A stretch of 64,000 nt of DNA from an uncultured Bifidobacterium sp. GTDB lineage: Bacteria; Actinomycetota; Acidimicrobiia; Acidimicrobiales; Ilumatobacteraceae. Shown here piece by piece: positions 1 to 8,176 of this stretch (the stretch's first letter is position 1; every line of letters begins with the position of its first letter). The translations under genes were made by a program, and so were the position numbers. Below the pieces are notes generated by a model. That model searched no databases. It was not told the origin of the DNA and was given only the letters and a program-made list of their open reading frames with translations. Where the stretch lies: positions 54,605 through 118,604 of the forward strand of contig CAYMVM010000003.1 in the NCBI GenBank assembly GCA_964394175.1, in the 5' to 3' direction.

Positions 1-2
1 CA

Positions 3-290
3 TTGTCAGATGGTGACGATCTCGATCGTGCCCTTCGGCCTGCAGTCACACTGGTCTCCGCATGGGTCAGTGAGTTGAGCCGCCAGCAACGACTCGATCC
101 CGCGCTCCTTGGTACGCGCCAAGACATCATCGACTTACTTCGAAAGTCTCCGGCGGCTCGACTGGGCCAAGGCTGGCGAGCCGACATCGTGGGAAAGGAC
201 ATCGACGACCTTGTCGGAGGTCGTGCCGGTCTGACGTTCAGTTCCGACGGAGGACTCAAATTGATTCCTGTGGACGGTCAATCCTCCTGA
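3..290 (+). CDS. C-terminal fragment of a ribonuclease D-like protein (5' end lies outside the window)
   Basis: The ORF runs in from the window edge. The tail ...LGQGWRADIVGKDIDDLVGG... resembles the C-terminal helical region of RNase D (E. coli ...SGWRGELMAEALHNLL...). The assignment is tentative. Confidence 0.4.
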   Translation: MSDGDDLDRALRPAVTLVSAWVSELSRQQRLDPALLGTRQDIIDLLRKSPAARLGQGWRADIVGKDIDDLVGGRAGLTFSSDGGLKLIPVDGQSS

Positions 291-431
291 ATCTGTGACG
301 GTTCTTCGAGATATCGACGCCGATGGCCCAGGTCACAAGGGTAAATCCCGCTCGCCGTGCATGAAGGTCGGTAGAGTGGGGAAGGTTGTCAATAAGCACC
401 TCGGTGCCACACAAGTGTTCGGAGAACGACC

Positions 432-626
432 GTGAAAAAGGGTCGCCATCGTCGTTTTGAAGAGGCTCGCAAGCTGAAGCAGGCGGGTCCAAGTGCCGCG
501 GATCTCGGTTTCGGAGATTCGCCTCGTCGTGCCAAGACCGAAGAAGACGAATATGCCGAGATCGCTCAACGATACGGAGTGAGCTTCGACGACGAAGACG
601 ACACCGAAGAAGACGACGCAGATTGA
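432..626 (+). CDS. Small protein with a basic N-terminus and strongly acidic C-terminus (MKKGRHRRFEEARKLKQ...DDEDDTEEDDAD), function unknown
   Basis: GTG start preceded by GGAGAA at 421-426. The codon pattern looks coding. The layout recalls small actinobacterial basic/acidic proteins (DUF3073-like), but that is unverified. Confidence 0.45.
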   Translation: MKKGRHRRFEEARKLKQAGPSAADLGFGDSPRRAKTEEDEYAEIAQRYGVSFDDEDDTEEDDAD

Positions 627-657
627 AAGAGGCGGGCGCCTGGCGCCTGATAACAAC

Positions 658-2490
658 ATGACCCCCCTTCGAAATGTAGCCCTCGTCGCCCACGTCGACC
701 ATGGAAAGACAACACTTGTCGACTCTCTCCTGAAATCGACAGGAACTTTTGCGGCGCATCAAGCCGTCGTCGAGCGAGTGATGGACTCTGACGATCAAGA
801 ACGTGAACGCGGCATCACGATTCTCGCCAAGGCTGCGTCGGTTCAGTGGAATGACATCCGCATCAACCTCGTCGACACTCCTGGACACGCCGACTTCGGC
901 GGTGAAGTAGAGCGAGCACTCGCATTGGTGGACGGCATCGTCTTGTTGGTCGATGCTGCCGAAGGGCCACTTCCACAGACGCGCTATGTGTTGTCTAAGG
1001 CGCTTGGAATGAACCTTCCGGTTGTGCTCGTCCTCAACAAGGTCGACAGGTCTGACGCACGTCCCGAAGAAGTCTTGTTGGAGGTGGAACAGCTGTTTCT
1101 CGACGTCGCACGAAGCGACAGCCAGCTCGGTTTCCCAGTTGTTTCCGCCATCGCCCGTGATGGTTGCGCCGTCAAAGGAATCGGCATGCCTGAGCCGACG
1201 GACGGCCTCGATGCTCTGCTTCAGGCCATCGTCGACACAATTCCGGCCCCCGATGTGGCACCCGATGAACCACTGAAGGCGATCGTGACGAACCTCGACG
1301 CGAGTGACTACCTCGGTCGTCTCGCGATTGGTCGAGTTCAATCGGGCGTGTTGCGCAAGGGTGAGAACGTCATGTTGTGGGGCAAGCAGACAGGCCCCGA
1401 CACGCCGCCCCAGCGTCGGAAGATCAGCTCATTGTCGGTGTTCAGGGGTATCGGTCGGGAAGAAGTCACCGAGATCGGCGCGGGAGACTTGTTTGTCCTT
1501 GCCGGAATCGACGATGTCGAAGTCGGTGACACCATCGCTCATCCCGACGTCACCGAAGCCCTGCCCCGATTGGAAGTTGACGAACCAGTACTGCGTATGA
1601 GCTTTGGTGTGAACACCTCTCCGTTCGCGGGCAAGGAGGGGCGCTTTGTGACGTCTCGTCACATTCGAGATCGTTTGCGTAAAGAAGTGCTCGGCAATGT
1701 CTCGATCAAAGTGTCCGACACCGATTCAGCGGATGTGATGACAGTCGCCGGGCGTGGCGAGTTGCAGTTGGCGGTTCTCATCGAGAACATGCGTCGTGAG
1801 GGATATGAGCTTCAGGTCAGTCGACCTGAAGTGGTCACCCAAACCATCGACGGAAAGCTCCATGAGCCTCGTGAGTCGGGATCTTGTGACGTTCCTGACG
1901 AATATGTCGGAACGGTCACTCAAGAATTGGCACCACGAAAAGGACGCATCACCGACATGCGTCCAGGCGATCCCGGACGCACCATTGTCTCGTTTGAGGC
2001 ACCGTCACGAGGTCTCATTGGTCTGCGCTCGATGCTCCTCACCGCCACGAGGGGAACGGCGCTGCTTCACCAGACGCGCGCGGGTTGGATGCCCTGGGCG
2101 GGAGAAGTTCCACATCGCCAAGGAGGCGCGATGATTGCCGACCGCGTGGGCGTGTCGACGCCGTATGCGCTCGACAACTTGCAGTTGCGGGGCACACTCT
2201 TTGTCGAGCCGGGTGACGAGGTGTACGAAGGAATGGTCGTGGGCGAGAGTTCACGCGGCGAAGAGATGGTCGTTAATGCCGTGAGGGCGAAAGAAAAGAC
2301 CAACATCAGAACTCACAGCCACGATGACGGGGTGAAGCTCGCGGCGCCGGTCATACACACCCTCGAATCGGCAATCGAATGGATCGCCGAAGATGAACTG
2401 GTCGAAATCACTCCGACCAAAGTGCGCATCAGAAAGCGCCACCTCGGTCTCGAAGACAGACGACGCGCATTCAAGCGCGAACCACGCTGA
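658..2490 (+). CDS. typA: Translational GTPase TypA/BipA
   Basis: N-terminus [17 protein letters not shown], then [14 protein letters not shown] and NKVDR G-motifs. The length of about 610 aa is typical of BipA. Confidence 0.95.
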   Translation: MTPLRNVALVAHVDHGKTTLVDSLLKSTGTFAAHQAVVERVMDSDDQERERGITILAKAASVQWNDIRINLVDTPGHADFGGEVERALALVDGIVLLVDAAEGPLPQTRYVLSKALGMNLPVVLVLNKVDRSDARPEEVLLEVEQLFLDVARSDSQLGFPVVSAIARDGCAVKGIGMPEPTDGLDALLQAIVDTIPAPDVAPDEPLKAIVTNLDASDYLGRLAIGRVQSGVLRKGENVMLWGKQTGPDTPPQRRKISSLSVFRGIGREEVTEIGAGDLFVLAGIDDVEVGDTIAHPDVTEALPRLEVDEPVLRMSFGVNTSPFAGKEGRFVTSRHIRDRLRKEVLGNVSIKVSDTDSADVMTVAGRGELQLAVLIENMRREGYELQVSRPEVVTQTIDGKLHEPRESGSCDVPDEYVGTVTQELAPRKGRITDMRPGDPGRTIVSFEAPSRGLIGLRSMLLTATRGTALLHQTRAGWMPWAGEVPHRQGGAMIADRVGVSTPYALDNLQLRGTLFVEPGDEVYEGMVVGESSRGEEMVVNAVRAKEKTNIRTHSHDDGVKLAAPVIHTLESAIEWIAEDELVEITPTKVRIRKRHLGLEDRRRAFKREPR

Positions 2491-2535
2491 CGCAGTGCTC
2501 TGATGTCGGCCCGCTGACGTCGCCAGCGAGAGGTC

Positions 2536-3297
2536 TCAGCGCTTTGTCCGGCGCCGTACTGCCGGGTGCGGTACCGGGGTGGCTTTTGTCTTGGACAGCT
2601 GCTGAACGATCAGCGCGTAGACCTTCTTGCCCACGAGTTCCGTGATTTCGTCCTTGAAGTACACGTAAGCAGGATCTTTGCCGACGAACGCCTCGGGGGA
2701 GTCCGTGCACCACCAGTGGAACTCCTGACCCCCGTCGCCCCAGTCTCGGCGCTTCCACTCGCGCAACATCGACACGACGTGGCCGTCTTCCTCGGTGTGT
2801 TCCTCGAGACGCACGGGGACTTGCCAGCACACATCGGGCTTCCAATCCATATGTCGTTCTCCAGCTTCGACTGCAGCGATGTGCAATGCGCAGCCTGAAC
2901 CACCTTCGAAGCCAGGCTGGTTGTGAAAGATGCACGCACCATTCACCACGCGGGTCTTTTTGCTGCCGTCTTTTGCGACGACGTGCCAGCCTTTGCGATC
3001 AGCGATTTTCTTGTTCTGCCAGTGACGTTCTTCGAGAAGCTTGCTGGTCTTCTTCACGGTTGCGAAGTCCTTCTCGTCCAAGAAGTGTGCACCGTAAGAG
3101 CAGCAACCTTGCTGCAGATCTTCGGCGTCGTCGTCAAGGACACCCTTGCACCCTTCGCCGTAGATGCACTTGTAGTTCGATCGAAGAAAGGTCGCATCGA
3201 TGAGCCAGGTGCGTTGTTCATCTGGGTCGTCGAAACTCACCCATTCGTGGAGTTGTTCAGGTTGTGGCACGAGAACGAACGCTACTCTCTTTGGCAT
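2536..3297 (-). CDS. Conserved cysteine-rich hypothetical protein (possible metal or Fe-S binding)
   Basis: 253-aa ORF with clustered Cys: CIYGEGCKG, QQGCCSYGAH, GACIFHN, SGCALH, DVCWQ, WWC. I do not recognise a named family. Confidence 0.6.
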   Translation of the reverse strand: MPKRVAFVLVPQPEQLHEWVSFDDPDEQRTWLIDATFLRSNYKCIYGEGCKGVLDDDAEDLQQGCCSYGAHFLDEKDFATVKKTSKLLEERHWQNKKIADRKGWHVVAKDGSKKTRVVNGACIFHNQPGFEGGSGCALHIAAVEAGERHMDWKPDVCWQVPVRLEEHTEEDGHVVSMLREWKRRDWGDGGQEFHWWCTDSPEAFVGKDPAYVYFKDEITELVGKKVYALIVQQLSKTKATPVPHPAVRRRTKR

Positions 3298-3326
3298 CGA
3301 AGTCGTCTACCAATGGAGATGAATGC

Positions 3327-3530
3327 ATGAGTGGCACTTACGAGGATGTCATCCGTCAATTGGAGGACATTCGAGAGTCTCTTTTGGATCTTTCGCTTGT
3401 CGCCCTGCACGACGCCGTCGAGTCGGGGGCCACCAACAGGCCGGCCAGTGACAAGAAACTCGCGCAGGCGATGCGTGCCGTCGAAAAGGCGATTGACGCC
3501 GTGAGAGCGGCTTCGACGTCAACCCATTGA
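3327..3530 (+). CDS. Small helical hypothetical protein (67 aa)
   Basis: ATG at 3327 within ORF 3264..3530, divergent from the Cys-rich gene. The 3' end overlaps the convergent tal stop by 12 nt. No recognisable motif. Confidence 0.35.
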   Translation: MSGTYEDVIRQLEDIRESLLDLSLVALHDAVESGATNRPASDKKLAQAMRAVEKAIDAVRAASTSTH

Positions 3531-4613
3531 CGCTTGTTTGGTCTCGAGAGTCTTCAACAAGTCTTCGAAACTGGCCTCGAAGGACCGGACGCCCTCTGAT
3601 TCGAGTTGACGTGCAACCTCGTCGAGCGACACCCCATTAGTCGATAGCTGCTGAAGTTCTGCCAATGCACGGTCGAGATCTGAATCGATGGTGCGAGCGA
3701 CACGGCCGTGGTCGAGGAAAGCTGACATGGTGTTCTCTGGAAGAGTGTTGACGGTCTCAGGGCCGATCAATTCGTCCACATACAAGGTGTCTGGATATGC
3801 CGCGTTCTTGGTCGACGTCGACGCCCAGAGTGGCCTTTGTGGTCGGGCGCCGGCGGCGGCCAATGATTTCCATCGCGCTCCTGAGGTGATCTGCACGAAA
3901 TGGTCGAATGCGGCTTTGGCCTGATTGATGGCCGTGCGACCGAGGAGCTCATGCCCTTCAGTTCGAGGCGAAAGCAACGGGTCGACGAGGGAGTCGACAC
4001 GACTGATGAAGAAGCTCGCAACACTGTTGACATCGCGTATGGGTAGGGACGCGGCGACGCGACGCTCCAGGCCCGCCAGATAGGCATCTAGGACAGCCGC
4101 GTAGCGTTCAACGCTGAAGATCAAGGTGACATTCACCGAGATTCCGTCGGCCGTGAGTTCCGTGATGGCGCCAAGACCCTCGACAGTGGCTGGAACCTTG
4201 ATCATGACGTTTGGACGCCCGACTTTTGCAGCGAGCTCGCGTCCTTGGGTGATTGTCTCGTCCGTTCGACGCGCGAGACGGGGGTCGACCTCGACGCTGA
4301 CAAAGCCATCACCTCCGTCACTTGATTGGTGAAGTGGCCCGAACATGTCGCACGCATCTTGGATGTCTTGGATGACCATCGCCCAGTAGGCCTCTTCGAC
4401 GGACGCGCCATTGTTGACGAGTGACATGAACTGGTTGTCGTATTCGGCCCCGTTCTGAATGGCCTTCTGGAAAATGGTGGGATTGGATGTGAGACCGCGG
4501 ATGCCGACGTCAATGAAGTGTTGCAAGGTGCCGTCGATCAATTGCGACCTTTGAAGATTGTCGATCCACGGACTCTGTCGATGCGAGTCGTACAACTCTT
4601 TGAGTGTGGTCAT
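3519..4613 (-). CDS. tal: Transaldolase
   Basis: MTTLKELYDSHRQSPWIDNLQR..., NPTIFQKAI and the IKVPAT active-site region. It lies directly downstream of tkt, as in actinobacterial tkt-tal operons. Confidence 0.93.
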   Translation of the reverse strand: MTTLKELYDSHRQSPWIDNLQRSQLIDGTLQHFIDVGIRGLTSNPTIFQKAIQNGAEYDNQFMSLVNNGASVEEAYWAMVIQDIQDACDMFGPLHQSSDGGDGFVSVEVDPRLARRTDETITQGRELAAKVGRPNVMIKVPATVEGLGAITELTADGISVNVTLIFSVERYAAVLDAYLAGLERRVAASLPIRDVNSVASFFISRVDSLVDPLLSPRTEGHELLGRTAINQAKAAFDHFVQITSGARWKSLAAAGARPQRPLWASTSTKNAAYPDTLYVDELIGPETVNTLPENTMSAFLDHGRVARTIDSDLDRALAELQQLSTNGVSLDEVARQLESEGVRSFEASFEDLLKTLETKQASMG

Positions 4614-4641
4614 GGGCGCGGGACGCTGGTCTCTCTGTTTG

Positions 4642-6594
4642 TCAGTCCGTCAACAATTCGTGAACCGCACTCACCACGGCCTCGGCAGTGATCCCGAGAT
4701 TGGCCATGACGGTCGCTCCTGGGGCACTGGCACCGAAACGATCGATGCCGATCGCGATGTCGGCCCATTGATGCCAACCAAATGTCGTTCCGGCTTCGAT
4801 GGAAACGACAGGGAGATGCGGGGGGATGATCGCGTCCTTTTCGTCGTCGTCGAGAGAGTCGAATCGGTCCCATGAGGGCATCGACACGACAGAGACATGA
4901 ACGCCTTCTGCAAGCAGAGCATCATGCGCGCTTTTGGCGACGCCAAGTTCTGAGCCGGTTGCGACAAGGACGACTTCGGCATCGGAATGGTTGATCACGA
5001 CGCCGGCACCACGTGCGACTGCTGATCCATCGGTGAGAGCCGGAACACTCTGACGAGAGAGAATCAACGCTGTCGGTCCGTCGTGAGAAATCGCGTCGAT
5101 CCATGCGGCGCGAGTCTCCTCTGGATCTGCGGGTCGCACCACGTGAAGTCCAGGTATCGCCCGCAAGCTGGCCAGCTGCTCAACAGGCTGGTGTGTCGGG
5201 CCATCTTCGCCGACGCCAACAGAGTCATGGCTGAAGACGAAGATGCAGCGTGCTCGAGACAATGCTGCGAGGCGAATCGCTGGTCGCATGTAGTCGGCAA
5301 AGACGAAGAACGTTCCGCCAACCGGGAGCACTCCACCATGCAGTGCCATTCCGACGAGAGCAGAACCCATCGCGTGTTCGCGAATGCCGTAGTACACCTG
5401 TCGACCCGTGCGATCGTTCGCGGAGAATGGCTTCTGACCCGACATCTTGACCCCGGTGTTTCCTGTGAGGTCTGCGGCACCAGCCATCAGCGAAGGAAGG
5501 ATGTCGAGAGTTTGATCGATGACCTTCTGGAGTGCCTGTCGGGTCGCAAGATTCGCATCGTTCGAAAAATGCGCCAGTGACTTGTCTGGATCGTTTGAAG
5601 GGGCGAGGGACCAAGTGGCAAGGAACGTCTGACGGGCCGGGGACTGCACGCTCTCCCATGCAGAACGAACTTCTCGTCCACGTGACGCACAATGATGGCG
5701 ATAAGCCGACACCACCTCGCTAGGCGCCCAGAATGGTTCATCGGGGATGCCCATGACGTCCTTGGTGCGTGTCACATGCTCGGCCGTGAACGGATTGCCG
5801 TGTGCCTCGTGGTTGTCGGTCAGGTCAGGAGAGGGATGACCGATGTGGCTACGAAGCACCATCAATGTCGGCGCCCCGACATGGTCACGGGCCGCGATGA
5901 GAGCGCGCTCTAGTGCGTCGCAATCATCGGCAATTTCGCCGACTTCCATGACGTTCCAGCCGTAGCTCTTGAAGCGCTGAGAGACGTTGTCTGTACACGT
6001 CAACTCGGTGTCACCGTCAATGGTGATCTTGTTGTCGTCGAACACGACGACAAGATGGTCGAGCTTCAAGTGACCCGCGAGTGACGCAGCTTCGTGACTG
6101 ACGCCCTCCATCAGGCATCCGTCACCGGCGATGACGAAGATGTTGTGGTTCTGGTTTTCTGCACCGTGCACTGCGCGCAGATGGGATTCAGCGATGGCCA
6201 TTCCGACAGCGTTGGCAAAACCTTGACCGAGGGGCCCGGTGGTCACCTCAACGCCGGCAGTATGACCGACTTCCGGATGTCCTGGAGTTGCGGAATTCCA
6301 CTGGCGAAATTCCTTGAGGTCGTCCATTTCCAGCCCGTATCCAGACAAGAACAACATCGCGTACTGAAGAATCGATGCGTGACCATTCGAAAGAATGAAT
6401 CGGTCGCGATCGGGCCACTGCGGATGGGTGGGATCGTGACGCAACACGCGGCTGAACAGCACATGTGCGAGCGGTGCAAGCGCCATTGCAGTGCCTTGGT
6501 GACCACTTTTTGCTCGCAGTGGCGCATCCATTGCGAGACCACGAATGATATTGATTGCCTGTCGGTCAATCTCTGGAGACAAGCGTTCAGTCAC
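4642..6594 (-). CDS. tkt: Transketolase
   Basis: AKSGHQGTAMALAP, the GDGCLMEGVSHEA TPP motif and GEDGPTHQPVEQLA. Confidence 0.95.
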   Translation of the reverse strand: MTERLSPEIDRQAINIIRGLAMDAPLRAKSGHQGTAMALAPLAHVLFSRVLRHDPTHPQWPDRDRFILSNGHASILQYAMLFLSGYGLEMDDLKEFRQWNSATPGHPEVGHTAGVEVTTGPLGQGFANAVGMAIAESHLRAVHGAENQNHNIFVIAGDGCLMEGVSHEAASLAGHLKLDHLVVVFDDNKITIDGDTELTCTDNVSQRFKSYGWNVMEVGEIADDCDALERALIAARDHVGAPTLMVLRSHIGHPSPDLTDNHEAHGNPFTAEHVTRTKDVMGIPDEPFWAPSEVVSAYRHHCASRGREVRSAWESVQSPARQTFLATWSLAPSNDPDKSLAHFSNDANLATRQALQKVIDQTLDILPSLMAGAADLTGNTGVKMSGQKPFSANDRTGRQVYYGIREHAMGSALVGMALHGGVLPVGGTFFVFADYMRPAIRLAALSRARCIFVFSHDSVGVGEDGPTHQPVEQLASLRAIPGLHVVRPADPEETRAAWIDAISHDGPTALILSRQSVPALTDGSAVARGAGVVINHSDAEVVLVATGSELGVAKSAHDALLAEGVHVSVVSMPSWDRFDSLDDDEKDAIIPPHLPVVSIEAGTTFGWHQWADIAIGIDRFGASAPGATVMANLGITAEAVVSAVHELLTD

Positions 6595-6638
6595 GCGCCG
6601 ACATTAGTGGTTGACGATGTCGCGTCGGGGCCTCTGGG

Positions 6639-7427
6639 TCAGGCGGATGGAGTCGTAACGCTCGGTCGAGCAGGCGGCAGAAGACGAACGCCGTCGAAAC
6701 GCAACTTGGCGACACGCATGAATGTCATACCTCGGATGATCCACCAGCCCGGGTCGACTTCGTACCAACGGTGTGCGAGGCGTGCCGTCGAGGGAGCAGC
6801 GTGGTGGTTGTTGTGGAGACCCTCACCGAGGGTCAAAAGTGCGAGCCATTGAAGATTTGTCGCACCGTTCTCGTATGGACGACGTCCGAAATGGTGACCG
6901 AGCGCATTCACTGCGGCGTTTGCAGCCAAGTAGTAGTTCATGTGGATAGCGGCGGCGAGCAGTCCGACAAAGGGACCGAACACGACGACGAGGAGTGATA
7001 TTCCGAGTGCCAGTCCGGTTTTGTGGTGCCCAAAGAACAGACGGTCCCAGACATCGTCGGGCAAGTCCTTGGCATAGCGGGAAATCGTCTCGGGCTGCGC
7101 CGCCGTGTCGCGATAGAGCTTGACATTCGATATTTGAACGCGCTTCCAGCCAAGCAACACAGGTGAGTGCGGGTCGCCTTCGGCATCGGTGAATGCATGG
7201 TGCTTGCGGTGCACCGCCACCCATTCTTTCGGCTTGATACCAGTGGTAATCCACAGCAGGAAGCGAAAGACGAGTGCAACCGGTCGGCGGACGGTCAACG
7301 CCCGATGGCTCAAGGCGCGGTGGAGATACACGGTGGTGCACATGTGGGCGATCTGTGTGACCACCACTCCGATGAGGAGGGCCAGCAAGATGGAACGGAT
7401 GACTGTCATGACGGCATCGTAACCCAC
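6639..7427 (-). CDS. Membrane acyl-CoA/acyl-lipid fatty acid desaturase (stearoyl-CoA desaturase-like)
   Basis: Three histidine boxes (HRALSHR, HRKHHAFTD, HNNHHAAP) and hydrophobic segments. The start may be the ATG at 7409 (MTVIRS...) rather than the GTG at 7427. Confidence 0.85.
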   Translation of the reverse strand: MGYDAVMTVIRSILLALLIGVVVTQIAHMCTTVYLHRALSHRALTVRRPVALVFRFLLWITTGIKPKEWVAVHRKHHAFTDAEGDPHSPVLLGWKRVQISNVKLYRDTAAQPETISRYAKDLPDDVWDRLFFGHHKTGLALGISLLVVVFGPFVGLLAAAIHMNYYLAANAAVNALGHHFGRRPYENGATNLQWLALLTLGEGLHNNHHAAPSTARLAHRWYEVDPGWWIIRGMTFMRVAKLRFDGVRLLPPARPSVTTPSA

Positions 7428-7444
7428 TACCTACTGGTAGGTAG
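7427..7444. promoter_or_regulatory. Inverted repeat CTACCTAC-TG-GTAGGTAG in the desaturase/TetR divergent intergenic region, a candidate TetR operator
   Basis: 8-bp perfect arms read directly from the sequence at 7427-7444, between the divergently oriented desaturase and TetR genes. Confidence 0.35.
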
Positions 7445-7461
7445 GCAATTGGGGGGCAAAG

Positions 7462-8148
7462 TTGTACCGTGATGATGTGCCTGGCGACACCGACCCAGCA
7501 GCGCCATCGACGCGAGATATGACCACGACGCGGGAGGTCACCACGACGCGGGACGTGTTGTCCACGAGGGAGTTGATTCTCCACGAAGCCCTGCAATGTT
7601 TCGCTGATGCCGGCTACGAGGGCACGTCACTCAATGACATCGCAGCCGCGGTGGGCATTCGACGGCCGAGTTTGCTCCACCATTTCGAGAGCAAGGAAGC
7701 GTTGTATGGCGAGGCGTTCGAACGTCTTCTGAGTGACTGGATGGAACGACTCGACTTTGCCATCGCCAGTGAGGCGGTCGGTTGGGAGAAATTCGAGATT
7801 GTGCTCTCGGCCGGTTTTCAGCTCTTCGAGGACAACCCGAACTACGTGCGACTCATGCGCCGCGAGGCTCTCGACGGTGGCGGTCACTTAGGGATCGACT
7901 TGTCTGCAGTGTTGAGACCGATGTTTGATGCTGCGGCTGAATATCTCGAGCGTCAGATGGACGAGGGCACTTTTCGACGATTTGACGCGCGTCACTTGTT
8001 GCTGGCGGCATATGGATCGATCTTGTCCTACTTCTCGGATGCGCCATTCATTGATGGACTGATCGACGACGAAGCGCTTAGCAAGGACAGTATTCGAGAG
8101 CACAAAGAACACGTGCTCCGCTTCTTTCGCGCAGCACTCATGCCCTGA
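7462..8148 (+). CDS. TetR/AcrR family transcriptional regulator
   Basis: HTH region ELILHEALQCFADAGYEGTSLNDIAAAVGIRRPSLLHHFESKEALY. The track start at 7462 is a TTG, and ATG 7519 (MTTTREV...) is at least as plausible. Confidence 0.85.
   Translation: MYRDDVPGDTDPAAPSTRDMTTTREVTTTRDVLSTRELILHEALQCFADAGYEGTSLNDIAAAVGIRRPSLLHHFESKEALYGEAFERLLSDWMERLDFAIASEAVGWEKFEIVLSAGFQLFEDNPNYVRLMRREALDGGGHLGIDLSAVLRPMFDAAAEYLERQMDEGTFRRFDARHLLLAAYGSILSYFSDAPFIDGLIDDEALSKDSIREHKEHVLRFFRAALMP
7522..7575 (+). repeat. Three tandem 18-bp in-frame repeats encoding TTTREV / TTTRDV / LSTREL at the TetR N-terminus
   Basis: ACCACGACGCGGGAGGTC (7522-7539), ACCACGACGCGGGACGTG (7540-7557) and a degenerate third copy TTGTCCACGAGGGAGTTG (7558-7575). 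Confidence 0.8.
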
Positions 8149-8176
8149 ACGTCTCCGGCGAACTACGGTTGCATTT

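Noticed and set aside
256-1341. Long antisense ORFs opposite clearly identified genes. Examples are 256..1341 (opposite typA), 28467..29408 (opposite the ThyX-like gene), 59503..60420 (opposite the SBP), 55764..56492, 50577..51215 and 8197..8727.
   Set aside because: They are typical shadow ORFs of GC-rich DNA. Their translations are Arg/Ser/Cys/His-rich with no motifs, and each lies fully inside a gene with strong family signatures on the other strand.
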